NCBI GenBank assembly: GCA_035555395.1
Contig: DATMGQ010000097.1
Coordinates: 4,457 to 68,456 of the forward strand
DNA: 64,000 nt
DNA from: Acidimicrobiales bacterium
Lineage (GTDB): Bacteria > Actinomycetota > Acidimicrobiia > Acidimicrobiales > Iamiaceae
Reading direction: 5' to 3'
Below the pieces are notes generated by a model that saw only the letters and a program-made list of their open reading frames with translations, searched no databases and was not told the origin of the DNA. Shown one piece after another: positions 1-9,409 of the stretch. Made by a program: the position numbers and the translations under genes. Every line of letters starts with the position of its first letter. Positions within the stretch are counted from its first letter, which is position 1.

Positions 1-4
1 CGCC

Positions 5-2077
5 GTGCCCGTCCGCGTGGTCCACCTGGTGGCCAAGACCCATCTGGACCTCGGCTTCACGGCGCTGGCCGCCGAGGTCGAGCAGCAGTACCTCGACGAC
101 TTCTTCCCCCGGGCCGCCGCGGTGGCGGCCGAGCTGCGCGCCCGCGGCGGCTCGGAGCGGCTGGTCTGGACCACGGGCTCGTGGATCCTGCGCCGCGCCC
201 TCGACCAACCGGACCCGGCCCGGGCGGCTGCGGTCGACGCCGCGGTGCGCGCCGGGGACCTGGCGTGGCACGCCCTCCCGGTGACCACCCACACCGAGCT
301 GATGGATGCCGCGCTGTTCCGGGCCGGGCTCGGGATCAGCCAGGACCTCGACGAGCGCTTCGGCCGCACGACCACCGCCGCCAAGATGACCGACGTCCCC
401 GGCCACACCCGGGCCATGGTCCCGCACCTCGCCGGAGCCGGCGTCACCTTCCTCCACCTCGGCGTCAACCCTGCGTGGCCCGTCCCGGACGTCCCCGAGG
501 TCTTCCGCTGGCGCGCCCCGACCTCGTCGGGCGGCTCGGAGGTCGTCGTGGCCTATGCGACGGGCGGGTACGGCGGGGAGCTGGTGGTGCCGGGGTGCGA
601 CGCGGCGCTGGCGTTCCTGCACTCGGGCGACAACCTCGGCCCGCCGAGCGTCGACGACGTCCTCGCGGCCCACGCCGACCTGCGGGCCCGCCACCCCGGG
701 GCCGACGTGCGGGCGAGCACGCTCGACGCCTTCGCCCGAGCCCTCGCGTCGAGCGGCGCGGTCGACGATCTGCCCGTGGTGACGAGCGAGATCGGCGACC
801 CGTGGATCTTCGGCGCCGGCAGCGATCCGCAGAAGGTCAGTCGCTTCCGCCACCTCCTGGCGGAGCGCCGCATCCGCTCGGCGTGGGCTGCGGATCGCCC
901 CGAGGTGGCCCCGCCGAGCGGGGCGGCGGGCCGGGCGCTCGACGAGGCGCTGCTCCTCGTGGCCGAGCACACCTGGGGCCTCGACCAGAAGGTGGCGCTG
1001 CCCGAGGACCGGACGTGGGGCAACGCCGACCTGCCCGCCGTGCGCGCCAGTGCGGCCGGCCGTCGCTTCGAGGCGTCGTGGGCGGAGCAGCGCCGCCTCA
1101 TCGCCGACGCGTCGGCGCAGCTGTGGTGGGGCGATCGGGGCCCAGCCGAGCGACCCGACCAGATCGACGACTGGCCCGAGGCGGAGGCCCACGACGTGCG
1201 AGCCCGGGTCGATGCGTGGTCGGCGCTCGCCGGCCAGGCCGGTGTGCGGGAGGTGGCCTTCGGCGAGCCGGTGCAGCTCGTCGACTGGACGATCACCGTC
1301 GACGGGGTGACCGGCGGGGTCTCCGGGCTGCGCCACGGCCCGTCGGGCCGGGACCTGGCCGATGCCGACCGGCAGCTCGGCGTCTTGGCCCACCAGTCGT
1401 TCGACGAGGCCGACTACGAGCGCTTCTACGCCGGGTTGCAGGCCACGGCGGAGGACGAGTGGTGGGCACGGTGGGACAACACGAAGCCCGGCATCGATGC
1501 CTGCGGCGCCCGGTCCGCGTGGTCCCCGGCGACGCCGGTCCGCGCGCTGAGGGTCGACACGCCGGACGTGCTCGGGCCGTCGGTCCTGGTCGAGCTGGCC
1601 TTCGCCTCCGAGGCCGTCGCGCTGGGCGCGCCCCCCACGGCCTGGATCCGCTGGACGGATTGCATCGACGTCGCCGCCGTCGAGGCAGAGGTGGTGTGGG
1701 CGGACAAGCCCGCGACCCGGTTGCCGGAGGCGACGTGGTGCTCGTTCGTGCCGCTCGTCGCCGAGCCGGAGCGGTGGGAGGTCGACAAGCTCGACCAGCG
1801 GATCTCGCCGCTCGACGTCGTCCGCCGCGGTGGCCGCGCGCTGCACGGCGTCGAGTCGGGGATGTTCCACGACGGCCCGGACGGGCGGCTGCGCCTGGCG
1901 ACCTGGGATGCCCCGCTCGTCGCACCCGGCCGGCCCGACCTGCTCGACGCCGACCCGCCCGTCCCGGACCTCGCCGGCGGCTGGCACGTCCTGCTCCACG
2001 ACAACTGCTGGGGCACGAACTTCCCGATGTGGAACGAAGGCCCCGCCCGGTTCGGCTTCTTCCTCTCGATCGACTGA
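5..2077 (+). CDS. DUF5054-type protein, GH38-like N-terminal glycoside hydrolase fold
   Basis: N-terminal KTHLDLGFT, TDVPGHT, EHTWG and C-terminal NxWGTNFPMW motifs; 690 aa; start close to window edge. Confidence 0.75.
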   Translation: MPVRVVHLVAKTHLDLGFTALAAEVEQQYLDDFFPRAAAVAAELRARGGSERLVWTTGSWILRRALDQPDPARAAAVDAAVRAGDLAWHALPVTTHTELMDAALFRAGLGISQDLDERFGRTTTAAKMTDVPGHTRAMVPHLAGAGVTFLHLGVNPAWPVPDVPEVFRWRAPTSSGGSEVVVAYATGGYGGELVVPGCDAALAFLHSGDNLGPPSVDDVLAAHADLRARHPGADVRASTLDAFARALASSGAVDDLPVVTSEIGDPWIFGAGSDPQKVSRFRHLLAERRIRSAWAADRPEVAPPSGAAGRALDEALLLVAEHTWGLDQKVALPEDRTWGNADLPAVRASAAGRRFEASWAEQRRLIADASAQLWWGDRGPAERPDQIDDWPEAEAHDVRARVDAWSALAGQAGVREVAFGEPVQLVDWTITVDGVTGGVSGLRHGPSGRDLADADRQLGVLAHQSFDEADYERFYAGLQATAEDEWWARWDNTKPGIDACGARSAWSPATPVRALRVDTPDVLGPSVLVELAFASEAVALGAPPTAWIRWTDCIDVAAVEAEVVWADKPATRLPEATWCSFVPLVAEPERWEVDKLDQRISPLDVVRRGGRALHGVESGMFHDGPDGRLRLATWDAPLVAPGRPDLLDADPPVPDLAGGWHVLLHDNCWGTNFPMWNEGPARFGFFLSID

Positions 2078-2112
2078 TCCGCTCGGACCCGTCCCGACCC
2101 CGCCCAGCCGAC

Positions 2113-2163
2113 CGAAGTTGGTGTGGAAGTGCGCGATATCAGCGCACTTCCACACCAACTTCG
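2113..2163. repeat. perfect 22-bp inverted repeat (REP-like palindrome, probable bidirectional terminator)
   Basis: cgaagttggtgtggaagtgcgc-gatatca-gcgcacttccacaccaacttcg between convergent genes. Confidence 0.85.
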
Positions 2164-2190
2164 CGACGTGGGGGGGGGTGGGTCGGTGGG

Positions 2191-2925
2191 TCAGGCGAGC
2201 TCGAAGACGACCTTGACCTGGACCTCGAGCTCCTCGGAGCCGGCGGCGATGGGGACGCTCGAGTCCGCGCTCATGGCCCGGCCGCTGCTGGCGTAGGCCT
2301 CGGGGTACGCGTCCCGCGGGACGACGTCGGTGATGGTGCGGACCTTGCCGACCTTGGCGTCGGCGGCCCCGGCCATATCCTTCGCCTGGGTCTTCGCCCG
2401 CTTCACGGCGTCGATCCGGGCGGTGCTGATGAGCTCGTCGTCGTCGGTGAACCCGAGCTGCACGCCGTTGATGCGCACGTGGTCGTCTCCGCCCTTCACG
2501 AGGACGTCGAGCTTGGCGCCGGCGGACTCGAGGCTCCGGAACGTGATGCGCAGCGAGTTGGTTGCGGCGTAGCCGGTGATGGTGCCGTCCTCGTCGTAGG
2601 TGGGGCCGAGGTCGACGGAGGTGGTGGCCACGTCCTCGTCGTCGACGGCCGTGAGCTTGAGCTGGTCGAGCACCTTCTGGGTCCGCCGGTTGTTGTCGGC
2701 GAGGGTCTCGTCGGCGCTCGGCCCGCCGGTGGTGACCGACAGGTTCACGAGCAGGGCATCGGGCACGCCCTTGGAGGTGCCGGTCGCCGTGACGGTGACG
2801 GTCCGCTCGTTCTTCGCTGCCGGTTTCGTCTCAGCGTCGGCGGCCTTGGAGCAGCCGGCGAGCAGCAGGAGCGCGACGGTGGCGAGCGCGGCGCGGCGGA
2901 CGTGGGTGTGGGGTGGCGTGGGCAC
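2191..2925 (-). CDS. SIMPL (DUF541) domain lipoprotein
   Basis: lipobox LLAGC; TVTVTATG..VPD, ITGYAATNSL, AVKRAKTQAKDMA, VKVVFEL pattern. Confidence 0.85.
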   Translation of the reverse strand: MPTPPHTHVRRAALATVALLLLAGCSKAADAETKPAAKNERTVTVTATGTSKGVPDALLVNLSVTTGGPSADETLADNNRRTQKVLDQLKLTAVDDEDVATTSVDLGPTYDEDGTITGYAATNSLRITFRSLESAGAKLDVLVKGGDDHVRINGVQLGFTDDDELISTARIDAVKRAKTQAKDMAGAADAKVGKVRTITDVVPRDAYPEAYASSGRAMSADSSVPIAAGSEELEVQVKVVFELA

Positions 2926-3188
2926 GGGACGACCTCCGGGGTGGGGTGGTCACCGTGGGACGCTCGCCGCCGCTCCGAGGTTCCCGCCTGGTGAGCCGCC
3001 CGACCCGGAGCCGCCGAGCAGGTCGTATCGACGCCTTCGAGCGGGTGGGTGACGGCCGTTGTGAGGTCGCGTTCGACCGGCCGGAGCCGCAGGTTCTCGA
3101 ACTGGCCCGCCATGGATCGCGCACCGAGCGACTTTGGAGAGACGAAACGTATAGATGCCTTCCCGGTGTCGAAGGAAGGGAGCGTCTG

Positions 3189-3704
3189 ATGAAGCGATCG
3201 ATGTTGACGGCTGTGGTGACGATCGTCATGGTGGTGGGCGTCGTCGCCTGCGACCCGCAGGGCGACGAGGTCCGCAAGGGCACGAACCACTGCTATGGCA
3301 GCGCGACGGCGTGCCTCGACCTCGACGTGTTCTGGAACACTCAGCAGTGCAGCGGGCGGGAGTTCGTCAAGGAGACGCGCCTCGCGTACCGGTGGCGGCA
3401 GCTCGATCCGCAGTTCACCGTGCGCAACGTTCGAGGGAAGCTTGGTTACCTCAGCCTCGTCGGATGCGACGGACGGCTGGGCGTCAACCAGGTGCGTGCG
3501 TTCAGCCGAGCAGCTCCGGCGGCAGGCCAGTGGTACCAGATCAACGCCACGTCGAGCTTCGCCTACCACAGCAGCAGGGTCGACCAGGAGGCCAGCGGCG
3601 CGTGGGTTGCAGGGGACGTCTACCGGGGCTCGTCGAAGAAGGGCCTCGTCTGCGTGCAGCAGCTCTGGCGCGACAACGGTGGCGACGCGTGCGAGGTCCT
3701 CTAG
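3189..3704 (+). CDS. hypothetical Cys-rich lipoprotein
   Basis: ATG after GAAGGGAG; MKRSMLTAVVTIVMVVGVVAC lipoprotein signal; several Cys. Confidence 0.65.
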   Translation: MKRSMLTAVVTIVMVVGVVACDPQGDEVRKGTNHCYGSATACLDLDVFWNTQQCSGREFVKETRLAYRWRQLDPQFTVRNVRGKLGYLSLVGCDGRLGVNQVRAFSRAAPAAGQWYQINATSSFAYHSSRVDQEASGAWVAGDVYRGSSKKGLVCVQQLWRDNGGDACEVL

Positions 3705-3736
3705 GCCTGGCCTGCGGGGGGATCGCTCGGCATCGC

Positions 3737-4420
3737 TTGCTCGGAGCGCTCTGCGTGGTCGCGATGGCGACCGTCACGGGCGGGTGCACGTCGTCGGAGC
3801 CGCCAGCGCTCTCCGCAGCGTGTCGGATGCTGATCGACCACCGGCACCCTGGACTGGTCGACGCCATGGAGCGGGTCCCGGGCACGGGTGGCGATGTCAC
3901 GGTGTGGATCGCGCGGGATCGCGAGGCCACAGCGGTGGTCGAGTGTGCTCCGATGGCGACCCCGGAACGTCGATCGTTCCAGCTGCAGGTCGATGACGGG
4001 CACATGACCGCAGGGGGCCAGGAGATGCAGGCGCGGGCCGGCGATGTCGTGCAGGTTGCATGGTTCGACGCGCTGCCCGACTCGGAGCGGGTCACCGTCG
4101 TGCGCAACGGCCATCGGCTCGATCCGGTCCGTCGGCCCGCCGCGCGCTCCGATGGCGACACGTGTCCGACCCTCGTCGGCACCACGATCCGCGCCGTCGG
4201 CTGCGGCTGGATCGACGTGCTCGAGTGGACGCTGCCGCCAACGGCGCGCGTGGACGTCTCGGCGCCCATCGATGCGGTGGTGACCGATGCTGTGGGGAGG
4301 GACCTGCCGTTCTGGCGGTTCGATGTGACGTCCGCGCCCCGAGGCCTGACGGTGCGCTTCGGTGTCACGCCGCTCCGTGCGGGCCGTTACCAGGTGCAGA
4401 TCCCGGCGAGGCGGAGCTGA
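3737..4420 (+). CDS. hypothetical lipoprotein (start uncertain, 3737 or 3764)
   Basis: hydrophobic stretch ending VTGGC-TSS; open frame to 4420; atypical codon usage. Confidence 0.45.
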   Translation: MLGALCVVAMATVTGGCTSSEPPALSAACRMLIDHRHPGLVDAMERVPGTGGDVTVWIARDREATAVVECAPMATPERRSFQLQVDDGHMTAGGQEMQARAGDVVQVAWFDALPDSERVTVVRNGHRLDPVRRPAARSDGDTCPTLVGTTIRAVGCGWIDVLEWTLPPTARVDVSAPIDAVVTDAVGRDLPFWRFDVTSAPRGLTVRFGVTPLRAGRYQVQIPARRS

Positions 4421-4458
4421 CCAGCAGCTTCGAGGTGCGCTAGGTGAGCGCCCGCTCG

Positions 4459-5208
4459 TCAGTGCTCGAGGACCTTCTCGAGGAACTGCTGGAGGCGGGG
4501 GGTCTGCGGGCTGCCCAGGACCTGGTCGGGCGGGCCCTGCTCGCACACGACGCCCTGGTCCATGAACACGACGTGGTCGGCGACGCGCCGGGCGAAGCCC
4601 ATCTCGTGGGTGACGACGAGCATCGTCATGCCTTCGGAGGCGAGGGTGCGCATCACGTCGAGGACGTCGCCGACGAGCTCGGGGTCGAGGGCGCTGGTGG
4701 CCTCGTCGAACAGCATCATCTCGGGGTTCATGGCGAGCGCCCGGGCGATGGCCACCCGCTGCTGCTGGCCGCCGGAGAGCTGCGCCGGGTAGGAGTCGGC
4801 CTTCTCGGCCAGGCCCACCCGGTCGAGCACGGCCCGGGCCACCTGTTCGGCCTCCTCGTCGGTGCGCTTCAGCACCTTGCGCTGGGCGAGCGTGACGTTG
4901 CCGAGGGCGGTGAGGTGGGGGAACAGGTTGAACTGCTGGAACACCATGCCGATGCGCTGGCGCACCAGGTCGAGGTCGCAGTCGGGGTGGGTGATGTCGA
5001 TGCCGTCGATGAGCACGGCGCCGTCGGTGGGGTCCTCGAGCCGGTTCACGCACCGCAGCAGCGTGGACTTGCCGGAGCCGGACGCGCCGATGATGCAGAC
5101 CACCTGCTTCGGCGCGATGGCGAGGTCGATGCCCTTCAGCACCTCGTTCGGACCGAACGACTTGCGCAGGCCGCGCAGCTCGATGGCGGGGATGTGGTCG
5201 GCGGTCAT
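4459..5208 (-). CDS. polar amino acid ABC transporter ATP-binding protein (GlnQ family)
   Basis: Walker [45 protein letters not shown]. Confidence 0.95.
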   Translation of the reverse strand: MTADHIPAIELRGLRKSFGPNEVLKGIDLAIAPKQVVCIIGASGSGKSTLLRCVNRLEDPTDGAVLIDGIDITHPDCDLDLVRQRIGMVFQQFNLFPHLTALGNVTLAQRKVLKRTDEEAEQVARAVLDRVGLAEKADSYPAQLSGGQQQRVAIARALAMNPEMMLFDEATSALDPELVGDVLDVMRTLASEGMTMLVVTHEMGFARRVADHVVFMDQGVVCEQGPPDQVLGSPQTPRLQQFLEKVLEH

Positions 5209-6068
5209 CGGGTCAGCTCGTTTCGCTTCTCCAGCCGGCCGACGAGGTAGGTGAGCGGGATGGTGAGCATGAGGTAGATGACGCCGGCGACGATGAACGG
5301 CGTGCCGTTGAAGTCCTTGCTGAAGGCGTCCTTGCCGTACTTGGTGAGCTCGACGGTGGCGGTGGTGGTGCCGAGCGACGCGAGCAGGGCGGTGTCCTTC
5401 AGCAGCAGCACCATCTCGTTGGTGAGCGGCGGGATGACCAGCCGGAACGCCTGGGGGACCACGACGATGCGCAGCGTCTGGTTCGGGGTCATGCCGAGGG
5501 ACCTCGCCGCTTCGACCTGGCCCTTCGGGACGCCCTGGATGCCGGCGCGGATCGTCTCCGCGAGGTAGGCGCCCGCGACCAGCGCGAGGGAGATGATGCC
5601 GGCGGTCGGGACCCCGAGGATCTCGGGGAACTGGATCCCGAGGACCGTCGGCGTCGCGAAGCCGACCAGGAAGATCGTCAGCAGGGCGGGGAGGCCCCGG
5701 AAGATCTCGATGTAGGTCACCGCGAACCAGCGGTACGGCCGCAGCGAGCTCATCTTCATCACGGCCATGAGCAGGCCGATCGCCACGCCGCCGATGAAGG
5801 CGCCCACCGTGTAGATCACGGTGTTCTTCGCCGCGATCGTGATGATGTCGGGGAAGAGGGTCTTGGCCTTCTCGGGGTCGAAGTAGAGGCGCTGGATCTT
5901 CTCCCAGTCGCCCACGTAGATGACGTAGGCGAGGACCAGGACGCCGGCGGCGTAGCTGAGGATGCGGTTGCGCCGGGCCCGGGCCTGCTTGGCGCGCCCG
6001 GATCGGTACAGCTCGGGGAGGTCCTCCTCCCCGAGCCGTGCCTCGTTCGTGACCGGGATGTCGGTCAT
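5205..6068 (-). CDS. polar amino acid ABC transporter permease
   Basis: [45 protein letters not shown]. Confidence 0.95.
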   Translation of the reverse strand: MTDIPVTNEARLGEEDLPELYRSGRAKQARARRNRILSYAAGVLVLAYVIYVGDWEKIQRLYFDPEKAKTLFPDIITIAAKNTVIYTVGAFIGGVAIGLLMAVMKMSSLRPYRWFAVTYIEIFRGLPALLTIFLVGFATPTVLGIQFPEILGVPTAGIISLALVAGAYLAETIRAGIQGVPKGQVEAARSLGMTPNQTLRIVVVPQAFRLVIPPLTNEMVLLLKDTALLASLGTTTATVELTKYGKDAFSKDFNGTPFIVAGVIYLMLTIPLTYLVGRLEKRNELTR

Positions 6069-6099
6069 CTGGATCGGCCGTTCGCCCCGGTCGACCCGA

Positions 6100-6921
6100 T
6101 CAGTTCCCCGCGTTGGGGAAGTACTTCTGGTAGATCTCGTCGTAGGTGCCGTCGTCCTTCACCGCAGCGAGGCCCTTGTCGACCTCGCCCTGGAGCTCGG
6201 TGTTGTCCTTGGCGAAGGCGAAGCCGTACTGCTCGCCGGTCTTGAAGGTCTCGACCACCGTGACGTTCTCGTCCTTGGTGGCGCGGTCGCTGTTGACCGG
6301 GAGGTCCTGGAGGATGCCGGCGATCTCACCGGAGTTCAGGGCCGCGAACAGGGCGGCGGCATCGGGGTACGCCTTGATGGTGGCGCCCTCGGGCTTGTTC
6401 TCGTTGGCGTAGGACTCGCCGGTGGTGCCGGTCTGGACGCCGATGGTCTCGCCGGCGAGGTCGTCGAGCGACTTCACGTCGGAGTCGGCCGGGACGAGCA
6501 GCGACTGGTCGGCGTCGAAGTACGGCTCGGAGAAGAGGGTGTTCTTCTCGCGCTCGGGGGTGATGGTCACCGCCGAGGCCACGATGTCGCAGTTGCCGGC
6601 GTTGACCGAGGCGAAGATCGTGTCGAAGTCCGAGTCGGTGATGTCGAGCGTGGCGCCCTGGTCCTCGGCGATGGCATCGAGCAGCTCGATGTCGAAGCCG
6701 GTGTAGGCCAGGCCGCGGGGACCCTCGCCCTCGAACTCGAAGGGCTCGTACGGCATGTCCGAACAGACCTTCCAGGTGGCGGCGGACTCGCCGGACCCAC
6801 CCTCGGATCCCTTGGACCCGCCGTCGGAACCGGAGTCGCTGCTCCCGCACGCAGCGGCGCTGAAGAGGAGCGCCCCGGCGAGGCCGAAGGCGACGAGGTG
6901 GTGCTTGCGTGGGGAGGGCAT
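6100..6921 (-). CDS. polar amino acid ABC transporter substrate-binding lipoprotein
   Basis: lipobox AAAC; DMPYEPFEF, GFDIEL, TITPERE, FSEPYF, GVQTGTTG, DGTYDEIYQKYF. Confidence 0.93.
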   Translation of the reverse strand: MPSPRKHHLVAFGLAGALLFSAAACGSSDSGSDGGSKGSEGGSGESAATWKVCSDMPYEPFEFEGEGPRGLAYTGFDIELLDAIAEDQGATLDITDSDFDTIFASVNAGNCDIVASAVTITPEREKNTLFSEPYFDADQSLLVPADSDVKSLDDLAGETIGVQTGTTGESYANENKPEGATIKAYPDAAALFAALNSGEIAGILQDLPVNSDRATKDENVTVVETFKTGEQYGFAFAKDNTELQGEVDKGLAAVKDDGTYDEIYQKYFPNAGN

Positions 6922-6981
6922 GGCAACTCCTGGATCGTGGCCGCCGGGCGACCGGAACCTGGGCATCGTACGCATCTGTCC

Positions 6982-6997
6982 GTTTCGGCGCTGTGAA
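6982..6997 (-). promoter_or_regulatory. putative GlnR box
   Basis: minus strand TTCAC-agcgcc-GAAAC matches the gTnAC-n6-GAAAC consensus, about 60 bp upstream of the ABC operon. Confidence 0.45.
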
Positions 6998-7088
6998 CAC
7001 GTTGCCGACGTGCAATCCGCGGTTCACCCGGCCGACGACGACGGATCCGGTTGCAGGCCCGTGACCAGGCGTCTGCCAGGCTGGATCG

Positions 7089-8471
7089 ATGCTGACGGAG
7101 CTGATCGAGGAATGGGACCAGGAGCTCCGGAGCGGCGACCCGTTGGGCTTTCCCGGCTACGCGGAGAAGGTCGCGGCGATGGAGGGGGAGTCGATCCGGA
7201 CCGGCCTGGCCGACGGCTTCGTCCTCGTCGAGTGCGACTTCTCGGTGATCGGCGGGTCGATGGGGCTCGTGCACGGCGAGAAGGTCGTGCGGGCGTTCGA
7301 CCGGGCCGTCGAGCGGCGGCTGCCGGTCGTGGTCGTGACCCGCTCGGGCGGGGCGCGGATGCAGGAGGGCATGCTCTCGCTGATCCAGCTCTCCCGGACC
7401 GCGGCCGCCGTCAACCGGCACCACGCCGCCGGCCTCCTGTCGATCGCCGTCCACCGCACGCCCACCACCGGCGGGGTGTTCGCGTCGTACGGCTCGCTCA
7501 CGGACCTCCGGGTGGCCGAGACCGGCACGATGATGGGCTTCGCCGGGCCGCGGGTGGTCGAGCAGACCTCGGGCCGCACGGTCGAGGGCACGTCCCACTC
7601 GGCCGACACCGCGTTCGAGCACCACATCATCGACGCCGTCGTCGAGCCCGATGCCGTGCTCGCGTGGGTGCGGGTCGCCCTCGGCCTCGACGATCGCCCG
7701 CTGCGCCCCACCCGTGCCCCGGTCCCCACGAAGCAGCCGGCCCCGCCTGCGCCCGGCACCGATCCGTCGTGGGCTGCGGTCCTGACCTCGCGGCGCCTGG
7801 GGCGGCCCAGCGGCATCCAGGTCGCGGCCGCCGCCTCCACCAGCTGGACCGAGCTGGGGGAGGGGACCGATCCCTCGATGCGGGTCGCCCTCGCCACGGT
7901 GTGCGGGCGGCGGGCGGTCGTGGTGGCCATGGACCGCTACGCCGGCGGCGGCCAGCCGGAGCCCGCCGGCTACGAGCTCGCCTGCCGGGGCATCGCGCTC
8001 GCCGGACGGCTCGGCATCCCGATCGTGACGTTCGTCGACACGCCGGGTGCGGCGTTGTCCCCGGAGGCCGAGAACCAGGGGATCGCCCGGGCCATCGCCA
8101 GCACGCACGCGGCCATGGCCGCCGCGGCGGTGCCCACCGTCTCGGTGTGCGTCGGCGAAGGGGGCAGCGGCGGTGCGCAGGCGCTGTCCGCCGCGGACCG
8201 CCTCCTCATCCAGGAGGGGGCCATCTTCTCGGTGATCGGACCCGAGGGCGCCGCGGCGATCCTCGAGCGCGACGCGGCCAAGGCGCCCGAGGTGGCACCG
8301 CTCTTGCGCCTCACGTCGCACGACCTGGCCGGGTTCGGCATCGCCGACGCCGTCATCCCCGACGGGCTCGACGCAACGGTCGCCGCCGTCGAGCAGGCGC
8401 TCGCCGACGCGGTGGCGGGGGACCGGGCCCGGCGCCTCGATGCGGCCACCGCCGCCTGGCTCCGCGGGTGA
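7089..8471 (+). CDS. acyl-CoA carboxylase carboxyltransferase, fused beta+alpha (AccD-AccA type)
   Basis: DFSVIGGSMG, SGGARMQEG, PTTGGV.AS, GFAGPRVV, then FVDTPGA, GEGGSGGA, SVIGPEGAAAIL. Confidence 0.88.
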   Translation: MLTELIEEWDQELRSGDPLGFPGYAEKVAAMEGESIRTGLADGFVLVECDFSVIGGSMGLVHGEKVVRAFDRAVERRLPVVVVTRSGGARMQEGMLSLIQLSRTAAAVNRHHAAGLLSIAVHRTPTTGGVFASYGSLTDLRVAETGTMMGFAGPRVVEQTSGRTVEGTSHSADTAFEHHIIDAVVEPDAVLAWVRVALGLDDRPLRPTRAPVPTKQPAPPAPGTDPSWAAVLTSRRLGRPSGIQVAAAASTSWTELGEGTDPSMRVALATVCGRRAVVVAMDRYAGGGQPEPAGYELACRGIALAGRLGIPIVTFVDTPGAALSPEAENQGIARAIASTHAAMAAAAVPTVSVCVGEGGSGGAQALSAADRLLIQEGAIFSVIGPEGAAAILERDAAKAPEVAPLLRLTSHDLAGFGIADAVIPDGLDATVAAVEQALADAVAGDRARRLDAATAAWLRG

Positions 8472-8519
8472 CCGACGGCTCGGCGGAGAAGCCTTGACCG
8501 CACGGTCAAGTGTGGCACC

Positions 8520-9407
8520 ATGACCGCCGTGCCTACCGCTGCCTCCAACGGGATCGACCTCGCCTACGAGACCTTCGGCGACCCGTCGAACCCCATCCTG
8601 CTGCTCATCATGGGCCTCGGCGCCCAGCGCGTGATGTGGGACGAGGGCTTCTGCGCCCTCCTCGTCGCACGCGGCTTCCACGTCGTGCGGTTCGACAACC
8701 GCGACGTCGGCGGCTCGACCTGGATCGACACCCCCGGCCTCGACGTCGGCGCCACCGTCCTCGAGGTCTTCGGCGGCGAGACCGCCAACGTGCCCTACTT
8801 CATCTCCGACATGGCGGCCGACGCCGCCGGCCTCCTCAAGGAGCTGGGCATCGAGTCCGCCCACATCGTCGGGGCGTCGATGGGCGGGATGATCGCCCAG
8901 GCCCTCGCCATCGAGCACCCGAGCCGGGTCCTCACCCTCACCTCGATCATGTCGACCACCGGCGAGCCGGGCGTCGGCGAGGCATCGCCGGAGCTCACCT
9001 CGGTCCTGCTCAAGCCCATGCCCACCGACCGCGACGGCATCATCGCCGGCGGCATCGAGACGCACCGGGCCATCAGCTGCGCCGAGCACTTCGACGAGGA
9101 CCGGGCCCGCCGCATCGCCGAGCTGGCCTACGAGAACGGCTTCAACCCCGATGCCGTCGGCCACCAGCTGCTGGCCATCCTCGGTTCGGGGTCCCGGGCC
9201 GAGGGCCTCGCCCGCCTCGACCTCCCGGCGCTCGTGATCCACGGCCGCCAGGACAAGCTCGTCGGGTTCAGCGGCGGCCAGCGCACCGCCGAGCTCATCG
9301 CCGGCGCAGACTTCCTCGCCATCGACGACATGGCCCACGACCTGCCCCGGGCCCACTGGCCCCGCATGGCCGACGCCATCGCCGCCCTCGCGAACCGGGC
9401 GAACTGA
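8520..9407 (+). CDS. alpha/beta fold hydrolase
   Basis: LLIMGLGAQ, RFDNRDVG, GASMGG nucleophile elbow, HGRQD, MAHD. Confidence 0.92.
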   Translation: MTAVPTAASNGIDLAYETFGDPSNPILLLIMGLGAQRVMWDEGFCALLVARGFHVVRFDNRDVGGSTWIDTPGLDVGATVLEVFGGETANVPYFISDMAADAAGLLKELGIESAHIVGASMGGMIAQALAIEHPSRVLTLTSIMSTTGEPGVGEASPELTSVLLKPMPTDRDGIIAGGIETHRAISCAEHFDEDRARRIAELAYENGFNPDAVGHQLLAILGSGSRAEGLARLDLPALVIHGRQDKLVGFSGGQRTAELIAGADFLAIDDMAHDLPRAHWPRMADAIAALANRAN

Positions 9408-9409
9408 TC

